64,000 nucleotides of DNA from NCBI GenBank assembly GCA_038040385.1, contig JBBPII010000005.1:288858-352857 (forward strand), given 5' to 3'. The stretch comes from Candidatus Gilichinskyi gelida (GTDB lineage: Bacteria > Acidobacteriota > Thermoanaerobaculia > Gp7-AA8). This document shows positions 27,153 to 36,385 of the stretch, piece after piece. The notes beneath the pieces are model-generated. The model searched no databases and was not told where the DNA came from. It saw only the letters and a program-made list of their open reading frames with translations. Position numbers and translations under genes: made by a program. Numbering within the stretch: position 1 is the stretch's first letter; each line of letters starts with the position of its first letter.

Positions 27153-27290
27153 GATCCTCCGAGTTATTACGCTGAAAATAAAACTACGTGCTTGGACGCG
27201 GGAGGGTAAACGCCCCCCCTCCGGACCTTATGCCGCGGTGGGTATTCCATTGCTGGGGGTATTGCTACTAAGTTCTGGTAGTGGAGGCTG

Positions 27291-27836
27291 TTACTCGCCG
27301 AAAACTTCCGCAGAAAACTTCTCGATCACCGTGGCGGGGTCGCGCCAGAGGCCCGGTCTGAGGCCTGCTTTGACGCAGGTCTGATCGAGGAAGGTTTGGC
27401 AGTCCCAGCCGTACTCGGTCGCCACCTGGGGAAGGAGCAGGCCGGCGGAGCGTCCGCGACTGACGATCAGGCCATCGCGGCCGATCACGACGTCGTCGGC
27501 GCGAGTCACGCGCTCGATGGGACCCATCACCGAGATCTCGATGTGCAGGTGGCTGAGCTCCTCGCGCTCCACGGGAGGAAAGCGGGGATCGCGAAACGCC
27601 GCGCTGAGGGCTCCGGAGACGACGGCGCGGTACAACGCCTCGCGCGGATGGATGGAGCCGATGCAGCCACGGAGGTCGCCGTCGCGGGTGCGAAGGGTGA
27701 CGAACGCGCCGGCCGGACGGTCGAGGGCCTCGTCGACCTGAGCTGGCTCGGGAACGTCGAAGCAGCCGTCGAAGGCGGATTCGATGGTGGTACGGGCCAG
27801 GCTGAGGAGCTGCCTACGGTGACCGTCGTTGAGCAT
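27291..27836 (-). CDS. AMMECR1 domain protein
   Basis: RGCIGS motif typical of AMMECR1. Confidence 0.8.
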   Translation of the reverse strand: MLNDGHRRQLLSLARTTIESAFDGCFDVPEPAQVDEALDRPAGAFVTLRTRDGDLRGCIGSIHPREALYRAVVSGALSAAFRDPRFPPVEREELSHLHIEISVMGPIERVTRADDVVIGRDGLIVSRGRSAGLLLPQVATEYGWDCQTFLDQTCVKAGLRPGLWRDPATVIEKFSAEVFGE

Positions 27837-28095
27837 GGATGAGCATGAGGTTGCGGATGTAGACGATGAGGCCCGACATCTGGCCGACGACGAACACTGG
27901 GTCGCGGCGGTGAATCGCGTACGCGGCCATGATCGCGCCGCCGAAGAGCGACAGATACCAGAACTGAATCGGGATGTGGCTCTCGCGCTTCCGCTCGGAG
28001 GAGATCCACTGCACGATGAATCGCGCGGCGAAGAGGAACTGGCCGAGGAAGCCGATCAGAACCCAGAGGTCCCAGTGGCGCGGGTCGAGGCTCAT
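27814..28095 (-). CDS. lipid-A-disaccharide synthase N-terminal domain-like small membrane protein
   Basis: 93 aa, LIGFLGQFLFAARFIVQWISSER motif; typically partnered with GtrA/ArnC-type GT2 genes, and one is adjacent here. Confidence 0.6.
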   Translation of the reverse strand: MSLDPRHWDLWVLIGFLGQFLFAARFIVQWISSERKRESHIPIQFWYLSLFGGAIMAAYAIHRRDPVFVVGQMSGLIVYIRNLMLIHAQRRSP

Positions 28096-28112
28096 GGTGT
28101 TTCTTTTTTAGT

Positions 28113-28916
28113 TTATCCCGCTGCGCCAGCAGCGGGATCATCGGAACCACCGCGCGATCGTTCCGCTGATCCCGCTGCTGGCGCAGCGGGATAAACTTCA
28201 GAAACTGAAACTTCAGAAGCCGTGTACTTCAACATCCTGCTCCCCATCCACCGCACCGCCAGGCAGTCGGCCAGTCCGCGGAAGGCGCGGTTCATCGCCC
28301 CGTACTTCGACACGCCGAACCGGCGGGGGCGGTGGTTGACGGGCATCTCCGCGACTTTGTAGCCCTGCATCCGGACCAGGGTCGGGAGGAAGCGGTGCAT
28401 CCCGGTGTAGAGGCGGACGCCTTCCACCGCCTCGCGGCGCACGAGCTTGAGCGAGCAGCCGGTGTCGGTGATCCGGTCGCGGGTGATCCAGTTGCGGACG
28501 CTGTTGCCGATCTTCGACTGCATCCTGCGCGACCAGGTGTCGTGGCGGTTCACGCGTACGCCGATGACCATGTCGACGCCGAGCTCCTCGAGCCTGCGCA
28601 TCATCTTTGGGATGTCGGCCGGATCGTTCTGCAGATCGGCGTCGAGGGAGACGACGAACTTGCCGCGCGCCGCCCGCCACCCCGCGTCGAGCGCCGCGGT
28701 CTGTCCGCTGTTCTTCTCCAGGGAGATGATCCGCAGATTGGGATGCCTGGCGCGCGCGGCGCGAAGTGCATCGAGGCTGCGGTCGCGCGAGCCGTCATCG
28801 ACGGCGATGATCTCGTACGACCACGGCTGCCCGTGGAGCGCCTTGGCGATCTCGTCGAGCAGGATGGGGACGTTCTCCTCCTCGTTGAAGACGGGAAAGA
28901 CCACCGACAGGTCCAC
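28113..28916 (-). CDS. glycosyltransferase family 2 (polyprenyl-phosphate glycosyltransferase, ArnC/DPM1-like)
   Basis: VVFPVFNEEENV...IIAVDDGSRDRS...DADLQNDP GT-A motifs; GTG start. Confidence 0.85.
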   Translation of the reverse strand: MDLSVVFPVFNEEENVPILLDEIAKALHGQPWSYEIIAVDDGSRDRSLDALRAARARHPNLRIISLEKNSGQTAALDAGWRAARGKFVVSLDADLQNDPADIPKMMRRLEELGVDMVIGVRVNRHDTWSRRMQSKIGNSVRNWITRDRITDTGCSLKLVRREAVEGVRLYTGMHRFLPTLVRMQGYKVAEMPVNHRPRRFGVSKYGAMNRAFRGLADCLAVRWMGSRMLKYTASEVSVSEVYPAAPAAGSAERSRGGSDDPAAGAAG

Positions 28917-28920
28917 TCTT

Positions 28921-29010
28921 GAAGTCTATCCTGAGCGAAGCGAAGGATCTTCGGCTCGATCAGCGCCGCCCGAGCCGAAGATCCTTCGCTTCGCTCAGGA
29001 TTGAATCTTC
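28921..29010. repeat. repeat family A, copy A3
   Basis: TATCCTGAGCGAAGCGAAGGATCTTCGGCTCGA...TCGAGCCGAAGATCCTTCGCTTCGCTCAGGATTGA; the right arm contains the tatD stop codon. Confidence 0.7.
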
Positions 29011-29750
29011 ACCCGAAACAACGCCTCGAAATTTGCGGTGGTCCGCGCGGCGATGTCATCGAGCGTCATCCCCCACAACGACGCGAGCATCTCCGCGATC
29101 TTCACCACGTATGCCGGCTCGTTGTCGCGTCCGCGGAAGGGCACCGGCGCAAGGTACGGCGTGTCGGTCTCGATCAGCACGCGGTCGTGCGGCAGGTTCT
29201 TCGCGCAGGCGCGCAGCGCGTCGGCGCTGCGAAAAGTGAGGATGCCCGACAACGAGATGTAGAAACCGCGATCGATGAGCCGCTTCGCCACCTCTTCGCC
29301 TTCGGTGAACGAGTGCAGCACGCCGCGCGCGCCGCTCCGCTCGAGGATGTCCACCATGTCCTCGGTCGACTCGCGGTTGTGGATGATGATCGGCTTCCCG
29401 ATGCGCTTCGCCAGATCGATGTGGCGCTCCAGCACGGCGATCTGCGTCTCGCGCGGCGAGTGCATGTAGTGGTAGTCGAGCCCGCACTCGCCGATGGCCA
29501 CCACCCGCTCCTCCTCCGCCGCCCGCTCCACCGCGGCGAACGCCGCGTCATCGCAGTCCTTCGCTTCGTGCGGATGAAAGCCCACCGCCGCCCAGACATC
29601 GTCGTGCTGCTGGGCCAGCGCCACCGCGTCGGCGATGTCGTCGCCCTTCGTGGCCGGAACGACGAAGCCCCGCACACCCTGCTCGCGCGCGCGGGTCAAC
29701 GCCGCGTCGGCGTCGGCCATGGTGAGGTGGCAATGCGAGTCGGTCAGCAA
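28995..29750 (-). CDS. tatD: TatD family metal-dependent hydrolase
   Basis: MLTDSHCHL... and conserved His/Glu/Asp metal ligands. Confidence 0.85.
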   Translation of the reverse strand: MLTDSHCHLTMADADAALTRAREQGVRGFVVPATKGDDIADAVALAQQHDDVWAAVGFHPHEAKDCDDAAFAAVERAAEEERVVAIGECGLDYHYMHSPRETQIAVLERHIDLAKRIGKPIIIHNRESTEDMVDILERSGARGVLHSFTEGEEVAKRLIDRGFYISLSGILTFRSADALRACAKNLPHDRVLIETDTPYLAPVPFRGRDNEPAYVVKIAEMLASLWGMTLDDIAARTTANFEALFRVKIQS

Positions 29751-30741
29751 CCCAGCAACCCAGCAACCACCTTCGTATACGTTCCCACCGCCTCAACCAG
29801 CTCCCTCTTCGAAATCCTCTCCCCCGGCCCGTGCGCGTCGAGGATCGACCCCGGTCCGAAGAGCAGCGGCTTGCCGAGCGCGCCGAGGTGCGGGATGTCG
29901 CTGTTGAAGGCGACCACGGCGGACGGCGCGCCCTCCGGCACCACCATGAACTGCGGCGCGTTGCCGCGCGCGAGGGTGATGCGGCCGCCGTGCTCGGCCA
30001 GCATGAGGGCGAGGCGCTCGCGCACTTGCTCGATGCCGGTGACGGTGCGGAAGATCATCTCGCACTCCGCCGACGCGGGGATGACGTTGGGCTTCTCGCC
30101 GCCGCGCACCACGCCGACGTTCACCGTCGCCTTGCCGAGCACCTCGTGCGAGCCCCACTCGGTGATGTTGATCTCGGCGATGGCCGCCACCATCTTGTTG
30201 ATCGCCGACTCGCCGCGCTCGGGATACGCCGAGTGCCCGGCGATGCCTTCGAAGCGGACGAAGCAGGTCAGCGCCCCCTTCGATGCTCGCGCGAATTTCG
30301 ATTCCGTCGGCTCGCCGACCAGCACGTACTCCGATCCGAGGTCGCGGAACGCGGCGTTCGCGCTCTTCGCGCCGATGGAGTCGGTCTCCTCGCCGACCAC
30401 GAAGAGGTAGGCAAAGTCGCGCACGCCGTCCGCGCGCAAGCGCTCGCCCGCCGCGAGCATCGCGGCGATCACCCCCTTCGTGTCGCACGCGCCGCGGCCG
30501 TAGACGTACTCCTCATCCTCCGACGACTCGAACCATGGCGGCACGGTGTCGATGTGCGAGTTGAGCACCACCCGCGCCCGCCCCCCCGCCCCGGCGAAGA
30601 CGTTGAAGCGCGAGCCGGTGACGGGCTGCATCTGGCAGTCGTACCCGAGCCGCGTCAGCTCGTCGAAGAGAAACGAGGCGGCGGTGTACTCGTGCTCCGT
30701 CGGCGAGGGGATGTCGATGAGGCGCCGGGCGAAGGCGATGG
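29744..30741 (-). CDS. M20 family metallopeptidase (ArgE/DapE-like deacylase)
   Basis: HIDTVP, GACDTKG, GEETDS and the dimerisation-domain pattern. Start chosen at 30741 (MFAPIAF...) so it does not collide with the divergent VWA gene. Confidence 0.7.
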
Positions 30742-30793
30742 GGGCGAACATGCGGCGCGGATTGTATTGCGTAGCGATCCGGTTCCAATTTTC

Positions 30794-31792
30794 GTGCATT
30801 CGACCCTCCTCGCCGCCGCCATCACCTTCCTCGCGCCGCAGAGCGGCGGGCAGGCGATCGGCCCGCAGGCGATCGAGATCACCACCACGATCGCCGCGGT
30901 CGACCGCGTCGAGTTCTCCGTCGACGGCGTGCTGGCCGGCGTCGCGCGCAAGCCGCCGTACCGCATCGCCCACGACTTCGGGACCTCGCTCGCCGCGCAC
31001 GAGATCGAGGCGAAGGTCTACTCGAACGGCTACCGCACCACGGCCTCGGCGAAGGTGGTGACGGCCGCGCTGACCGCGAGCGACACGATGAACGTCGACC
31101 TGGTCGAGGTGCCGATGCGCGTCCGCGCGTCGCGTAGGGTCACGCCGGCCGACCTGCGCGTGACGGAGAACAAGGTGGAACAGACCATCCGCGAAATCCG
31201 CGCCGATCGCGGCGCGGCGCGGTTCGTCTTCGTCGTCGACCGCTCGCTCTCCATGGGCGACGGGAAGCTCGACGCGGCGCTGCGGGCCATCGATGCGGAA
31301 TCGAAACTGCTTCGTCCCGACGACCGGAAGGAGATCGTGCTTTTCAACCACAGCGTGACGAAGGGGCCGATCGTCGGCACCGTCACTCCGTCCGGCGGCA
31401 CGTCATTGCGCGACGCAGTCAGCTCGATCGCCAGCCGCGAACGGACCTACGCGATCGTGATCACCGACGGCGGCGACCGCAACAGCATGACGTCGGAGGA
31501 TGTCGCGCTGAAGCGGATCAGCAACACCAAGACGATCGTCGACGTCATCGTCCTCGGCGACGGCAGCCGCTTCCTCGACAAGGCCGCGCGCAACACCGGC
31601 GGGACGGTGGTCGAGGCGAGCGCGTCGACGCTGCAGCGCGAGCTGCATCGGATGCTCGTCGACATCAACAGCCGCTACACGCTCGTCTATCAGAGCCACG
31701 GGAACGCCGGCGGATGGCGGACGATCACGATCGATCCGCGGAAGCGAGGCGTGGAGGTGGTGAACGCCAGGAAGGGGTACTGGGCCGAATGA
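30794..31792 (+). CDS. secreted von Willebrand factor A domain protein
   Basis: GTG start; signal peptide; VWA region FVFVVDRSLSMGDGKLDAALRAIDAE... including a MIDAS D-x-S-x-S motif. Confidence 0.6.
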   Translation: MHSTLLAAAITFLAPQSGGQAIGPQAIEITTTIAAVDRVEFSVDGVLAGVARKPPYRIAHDFGTSLAAHEIEAKVYSNGYRTTASAKVVTAALTASDTMNVDLVEVPMRVRASRRVTPADLRVTENKVEQTIREIRADRGAARFVFVVDRSLSMGDGKLDAALRAIDAESKLLRPDDRKEIVLFNHSVTKGPIVGTVTPSGGTSLRDAVSSIASRERTYAIVITDGGDRNSMTSEDVALKRISNTKTIVDVIVLGDGSRFLDKAARNTGGTVVEASASTLQRELHRMLVDINSRYTLVYQSHGNAGGWRTITIDPRKRGVEVVNARKGYWAE

Positions 31793-33207
31793 GTAGGCAG
31801 CTTGCAGCTCGCAGCTTGCAGCTCGCGGCGGCTCTCCTGCTAGCTGCTAGCTGTCCGCTGCTCGCCCAACAACGCATCGCCTCCGACTTCGAGCTGCAAC
31901 AGATGCAGCGCCAGGTGGAGCGCTCGAGGGACTTCCTCTCACAGGTTTCCGGCCGTCTGAATCTCGGCGACGTGCGGATGGCGCGCAACGAGACATCGCT
32001 GGCGCGCGCGGAGTACCGGAAGGCGCTCGACGCGACGGCGAAGGAGCGCCTCGAGGCGCGAACGGCGTCGAGCCTGACGCGCTACGCGACGGCGACGTCG
32101 TACGCCGCGCTGGCGGCGGCGAAGCTCGGCGACGACGCGCGCGCGTTCGAGCTCTCGGAGGAGGCGCTGCGCTACGACAGCGGCTCGGCCAAGACCTGGA
32201 ACCTCTACGCCAGCGCCATGTCGCTGGTCGGCAAACCGGCGAAGGCGGCGAGTGCGGCGCGCAATGCCGTGGCGCTGGAAACCGACCGTTTGGACCTGGC
32301 GATTTATCGCTACGCGCTGGCATCGTCTCTGATCGAACTGAAGCAGAACGCGGAAGCGGAGCGCTTGCTCGCCGGCGTGGTCGGCACGCTCCGCTCCAGC
32401 GAGTTCGCGTCGCTACGGAGCGGCGTCGCGCGGCGGGAGGCGTTCGAGATCTACTCCACCGCGCGCGGCGACGAATCCGCCTACATCTCGCTGCTCAACC
32501 GGTCGCAGCTCCGTCTCGGCGCGCTGTACGAAGCGCGCGGCGAGGCCGAGGCTGCGAGGCAGCAATACGAGCATGTGCTCGAGGCGCGGAGCGACGACCC
32601 GACCGCGCTCGCCGCCCTGGCGCGGCTGGCGCGGTCGGGTGAGGAGCGGGAGCGCTATTACGCCGAGGCCTTCGACGCCAATCCGTTCTCGCTCGCCCTC
32701 ATTCGCGAATATCGCTCCTCGGCTCTCCCGGAAGGCACATCCACCGGCGCGCAGATGCGCCGCCTCCTCGCCGCCATGAATCGCGGCGAATTGCAGTCCG
32801 CGCGGACACAGCTCGACGCGCTGACAAAGCAGTTCCCCGACAACGACACGCTGCGCGAGCTGCGCCGCGACATCGACAAGCGCGCCAGCGGCGGCATCGA
32901 CTTTCTGCGCACAAAAACCTCGCCGACTGCGTCGGAGCTGCGGTCGCTCATCGCCCGATTCAACGACGACCGCCTGACGGCCGAGGAGCGCGCCGCGCTC
33001 GACGCGCTGACGCTGACCAGCGTCGCCACGTTCGACGCCGCGATGCCCTTCGAGACCGGCGTGATCGACGGCGTGCGGTTCAAATTCAGCGAGCCGATGA
33101 TCTTCAACGGCACGTTCGCAGCCCACACGCCGCTGCGCCTGACGTATCGAATCCTCGGCGCCAGCGGCGACGCGCTGCTGTTGGAGCCTGTGAGGCTGGA
33201 GCCATGA
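31789..33207 (+). CDS. secreted TPR-repeat protein
   Basis: Signal peptide and multiple TPR-like helical repeats; start overlaps the VWA stop (ATGA). Confidence 0.55.
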   Translation: MSRQLAARSLQLAAALLLAASCPLLAQQRIASDFELQQMQRQVERSRDFLSQVSGRLNLGDVRMARNETSLARAEYRKALDATAKERLEARTASSLTRYATATSYAALAAAKLGDDARAFELSEEALRYDSGSAKTWNLYASAMSLVGKPAKAASAARNAVALETDRLDLAIYRYALASSLIELKQNAEAERLLAGVVGTLRSSEFASLRSGVARREAFEIYSTARGDESAYISLLNRSQLRLGALYEARGEAEAARQQYEHVLEARSDDPTALAALARLARSGEERERYYAEAFDANPFSLALIREYRSSALPEGTSTGAQMRRLLAAMNRGELQSARTQLDALTKQFPDNDTLRELRRDIDKRASGGIDFLRTKTSPTASELRSLIARFNDDRLTAEERAALDALTLTSVATFDAAMPFETGVIDGVRFKFSEPMIFNGTFAAHTPLRLTYRILGASGDALLLEPVRLEP

Positions 33208-34325
33208 GCCCTCATCCGCCGCTTCGCGGCACCTTCTCCCGCAAGCGGGAGAAGGACGACTTAGCCCCTCTCCCGCGTGCGGGAGAGGGTGGCGCGAAGC
33301 GCCGGGTGAGGGCCGCCGCCGTCGCGCTGCTCTTCCTGGCGTCCGCGGCGAGCGCCCAAGTCGTGGCATCCACGCCAAAAGGCATCGTCGTCGCCCACCA
33401 CCGCGTCGTCGAACTGTACGACGGCGTCAATCGCATCTGGTCCGCGCCCGGCCTGCAAACGCCGGAGGTGGTCGTGTCGTCAAAGGACCAGATCGCGGTT
33501 CTCGACCCTTTGAACAACGAAGCGCGCATCGTCGAGCTGGCGACCGGTCGCGGCAGAACGGTGCAAACGGGAGAGACGCCAATCGCCGGCGTCTTCATCG
33601 GAAGCGCGCTTTATCTCCTCGAGCGAGACGCTCGAGCTCTCGAACGGATCGGCGCGGACGGCACGAGAGCGTCCATCTCCACCCTCGCCGATCCGGCATT
33701 TCTTCGCGAGCGCAACGGCGTGCTTTACGTCTACTCCCGCGCCGAGGGGATCGTGCAGGAGATCGCGACGTCACCGTTCGCCGCGCGACGGAGCGCGAAG
33801 ACGGCGGCCTTCGGCTCCGACTTCGAAGTCGACGGCCGCAACGCGTACGTCGTGCAGCCGCGCGCGGGGAAGATCGCCGTGGTGTCGCTGGCGACGATGA
33901 AGGCGACGGGAACGATCGACGCCGGCGCGGTGCCGGTCGACCTCGAGCTCACCTCCGGCGGCACGGCACTCACCGCCCGCACGCTGGCCATCGCCGACCC
34001 GTCGGCGAAGAAAGTGTGGCTGCTGGAAGGCGCGCAGTCGACCAGCCAGGCCTTCCTCCGCGGCTTCTTCCGCGGCCTCCTCGGCCTCGGCCTGTTTGGT
34101 GGCCGCGCCTCGCAGTTTCCCACCGGCGTCGACCGCGTCGTGGCGCGCGGCGGGCGGTGGTACGCGTACGACTCGAGCAGCGGCACGCTCTACCGTTTCA
34201 CCAAGCGGGCGAGCGCGACCGTGGCAAAAAATGTTGCTCCCCAACGGTTTGCGATTACGGCAGCCGGCGTTTTCGTCTGGAACGACGCGGTACGCCGGTT
34301 GCAGAAACTGGACAGCAATGGCTAA
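33204..34325 (+). CDS. secreted beta-propeller-like (YVTN-type repeat) protein
   Basis: Signal peptide AAAVALLFLASAASA; repeated ...YVV..RAGKIAVVSLATMKATGTIDAGAVPVDLEL... units. Confidence 0.4.
   Translation: MSPHPPLRGTFSRKREKDDLAPLPRAGEGGAKRRVRAAAVALLFLASAASAQVVASTPKGIVVAHHRVVELYDGVNRIWSAPGLQTPEVVVSSKDQIAVLDPLNNEARIVELATGRGRTVQTGETPIAGVFIGSALYLLERDARALERIGADGTRASISTLADPAFLRERNGVLYVYSRAEGIVQEIATSPFAARRSAKTAAFGSDFEVDGRNAYVVQPRAGKIAVVSLATMKATGTIDAGAVPVDLELTSGGTALTARTLAIADPSAKKVWLLEGAQSTSQAFLRGFFRGLLGLGLFGGRASQFPTGVDRVVARGGRWYAYDSSSGTLYRFTKRASATVAKNVAPQRFAITAAGVFVWNDAVRRLQKLDSNG
33208..33312. repeat. repeat family C, copy C2
   Basis: CCCTCATCCGCCGCTTCGCGGCACCTTCTCCCGCAAGCGGGAGAAGG...CCCTCTCCCGCGTGCGGGAGAGGGTGGCGCGAAGCGCCGGGTGAGGG at the 5' end of the 33204 ORF. 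It is in frame if ATG 33204 is used; alternatively it lies upstream of a GTG start near 33305. Confidence 0.65.
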
Positions 34326-35133
34326 TCGAACGACGTGCATCAATTGTGGGCGCAACATCGACGAGTTCGCCCGGGCGTGTCCTTACTGCAGTTGGTGGCA
34401 GTCCGAGCCGGTCCCGGCACAGGCGCAAGCGGGGCCCGCGGTCGACTACACCCCGCCGCCCGACAACCGGGCGCGGAACAAAGTCCTCGGCATCCTGACG
34501 TTCGGCTTTCTGATGATGGTGGCGTTCATCGTCGGCGCGTTCTTCCATGGCTCGGATGAGGCGAGCGCGGCGCAGCCGAAGGAGGTCCCGACCGCCGCAG
34601 CGCAGCCCTCGCCGCGCGCGACGGTGACGCTGGTCCCGATGACGGACGGCGCGCCGCCGCCGGTCATCGAGTCGCCGATCACCAGCGTCACGCCGAACGG
34701 CGCGACGACCACCGGTGGACCGAGCGACGCCACCGCGCTGCCGTCCGATCAGTACACCGCCGCCGCGGCGCGCATGCGTGCGGCGCAACAGCAGGCGACG
34801 GGAAGCGTCGTCGATCCGCGCAGCATCACCGGCAGCCCGTACGCACTTCCGCCGCCCCGCCCCGCGCGTCCCCGGCAGATGGCGGTGCAGACGCAGCCGG
34901 TGCCGGTGTTCCAGCCGGTGCCGCACGTGCGGATCGACCGGGAGCAGACCGCGCAGCTCTATCTCACCGTCGGGACCGACGGACGGGTGCACGACATCGA
35001 CGTCCAGCGCGCCGCTCCCAACGTCATGGGGCCGCTGGTGAGCGCGGTGCAGCAATGGCGCTTCCGCCCGGCGACGCAAAACGGTGAGCCGGTTTCCTCG
35101 CGCTTCTCGGTCGCGGTAACCTTCAAGCCGTGA
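34318..35133 (+). CDS. zinc-ribbon / TM / TonB C-terminal domain protein
   Basis: N-terminal CINCGRNIDEFARACPYCSW zinc ribbon; one TM; Pro/Ala-rich linker; TonB_C-like end (...LYLTVGTDGRVHDIDVQRAAPNVMGPLVSAVQQWRFRPATQNGEPV...). Confidence 0.5.
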   Translation: MANRTTCINCGRNIDEFARACPYCSWWQSEPVPAQAQAGPAVDYTPPPDNRARNKVLGILTFGFLMMVAFIVGAFFHGSDEASAAQPKEVPTAAAQPSPRATVTLVPMTDGAPPPVIESPITSVTPNGATTTGGPSDATALPSDQYTAAAARMRAAQQQATGSVVDPRSITGSPYALPPPRPARPRQMAVQTQPVPVFQPVPHVRIDREQTAQLYLTVGTDGRVHDIDVQRAAPNVMGPLVSAVQQWRFRPATQNGEPVSSRFSVAVTFKP

Positions 35134-35603
35134 GCGTGACCTGCGTTTCCTGCCACCACGACATCGACGACGCTGCGAAGCTTTGTCCGTACTGCGGCGC
35201 CGATCCGCGCAGCGGCGAGAAGATCGACACGCAGGCCATCCTGCAGGAAGTCTTCAAGCCGAAGAACACCAGCCGCTCGGCCTCGGTGATCGATTTCGCG
35301 CGGCAGCGGCAGGGCGCCGTGGTCGCCATTGCGGTGGTAGTCGGATTCCTCATCCTCGCGGGCCTCTATCAGTACGCCGTGCACCGCAACGACACCGCGG
35401 CGCTGGCCGGCAACGGCGTGCCGATCACCGAGGTCACCGACATCAGCGATCGCGGCGAGGAAACCAAGCCGCTGCCGATGCCGCCGCTGCAGTTCGCGTA
35501 CGACGGCCGTCCGCAGACGATGCGGACGTACATCGTCGAGCCGGGCGCGGCGCCGGCGCCGGCGGCGTCAACCGCCCCACCCGCTCCGCCCACCGCGCGC
35601 TAG
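35130..35603 (+). CDS. zinc-ribbon membrane protein (paralogous N-terminus to the upstream gene)
   Basis: CVSCHHDIDDAAKLCPYCGA zinc ribbon plus one TM; GTG start overlapping the upstream stop. Confidence 0.45.
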   Translation: MSVTCVSCHHDIDDAAKLCPYCGADPRSGEKIDTQAILQEVFKPKNTSRSASVIDFARQRQGAVVAIAVVVGFLILAGLYQYAVHRNDTAALAGNGVPITEVTDISDRGEETKPLPMPPLQFAYDGRPQTMRTYIVEPGAAPAPAASTAPPAPPTAR

Positions 35604-35695
35604 GAACGCCGCCGTCTCGGCGGCTGGCGCGGCGGCGTCCCGCCGCCGCAGGCGAGGCGCCTGCGGTCCAGCCGGCGAGACGCCGGCGCTCCGGT
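35604..35695. repeat. repeat family B, copy B4
   Basis: GGAACGCCGCCGTCTCGGCGGCTGGCGCGGCGGCGTCCCGCCGCCGCAGGCGAGGCGCCTGCGGTCCAGCCGGCGAGACGCCGGCGCTCC. Confidence 0.6.
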
Positions 35696-35706
35696 AGACT
35701 CTCCTC

Positions 35707-36294
35707 GTGTGGGAGCTCGCAGCGGTCGTCGTCTTCGTCACGCTCGTCGCGTGGCTGGTCGGCTACATGGTGTCGCAGAAGCCGGCGACGTCGGCGCAGC
35801 AACTGATCCATCAGCATCGCTACGCGGAGGCCGTCGCCGCCGCCGGCGCCGACGCGCTCCATCGCGCCGAGGCGCTCAAGCTGCTCGGCCGCTTCGACGA
35901 GGCCATCGCGTCGTACCAGCGCTCGGACGATCCCGCCGCGCGCGAGGGCATCGCCCTCTCGCTCGCGCATCTCGGAACGGATCTCGATCGCGCGAAGCAA
36001 TTGATGGAGGAGACCATCGCCCTCCATCCGCAGATCCAGGAGTTCCAGGCGCTGGCGCTCGCGTACATCCTCCTCCGCCGCGGCGAGCGCGACGCCGCGC
36101 TGCGCATCTACGCCGACAATCTCGAGCTGCTGGAGACCCGCTTCCACGACGACTACACCGACCCCGACCCGCTGCTGGCCGAGACGCTCTGGATGTTCGC
36201 CGCGCTGGCGGAAGCGTCCGGCGACCCCGCGCGCGCCGCGGTCCTGCGCGGGCGGGCGGCGGGGTGGGCGCCGGGCAGCGTGTGGGCGCGCTAA
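35707..36294 (+). CDS. membrane-anchored TPR-like protein
   Basis: N-terminal TM plus helical-repeat region; GTG start. Confidence 0.4.
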   Translation: MWELAAVVVFVTLVAWLVGYMVSQKPATSAQQLIHQHRYAEAVAAAGADALHRAEALKLLGRFDEAIASYQRSDDPAAREGIALSLAHLGTDLDRAKQLMEETIALHPQIQEFQALALAYILLRRGERDAALRIYADNLELLETRFHDDYTDPDPLLAETLWMFAALAEASGDPARAAVLRGRAAGWAPGSVWAR

Positions 36295-36302
36295 AGGCGT
36301 CG

Positions 36303-36385
36303 TCCCGAGCGTAGCGAGGGACCTGGGGGACGGGTGGCGCGCCGCACACCGCCCAGGTTCCTCGCTACGCTCGGAATGACGGTGG
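36303..36385. terminator. bidirectional terminator-like long inverted repeat between convergent genes
   Basis: GTCCCGAGCGTAGCGAGGGACCTGGG ... CCCAGGTTCCTCGCTACGCTCGGAATGAC, arms of about 25 bp. Confidence 0.45.

Noticed and set aside
31789-31850. Short direct repeats CAGCTTGCAGCTCG x2 and CTAGCTG x2 at the start of the TPR gene
   Set aside because: They encode the Ala/Leu-rich signal peptide (LAARSLQLAAALLLAAS); trivial codon-level repetition rather than a regulatory element
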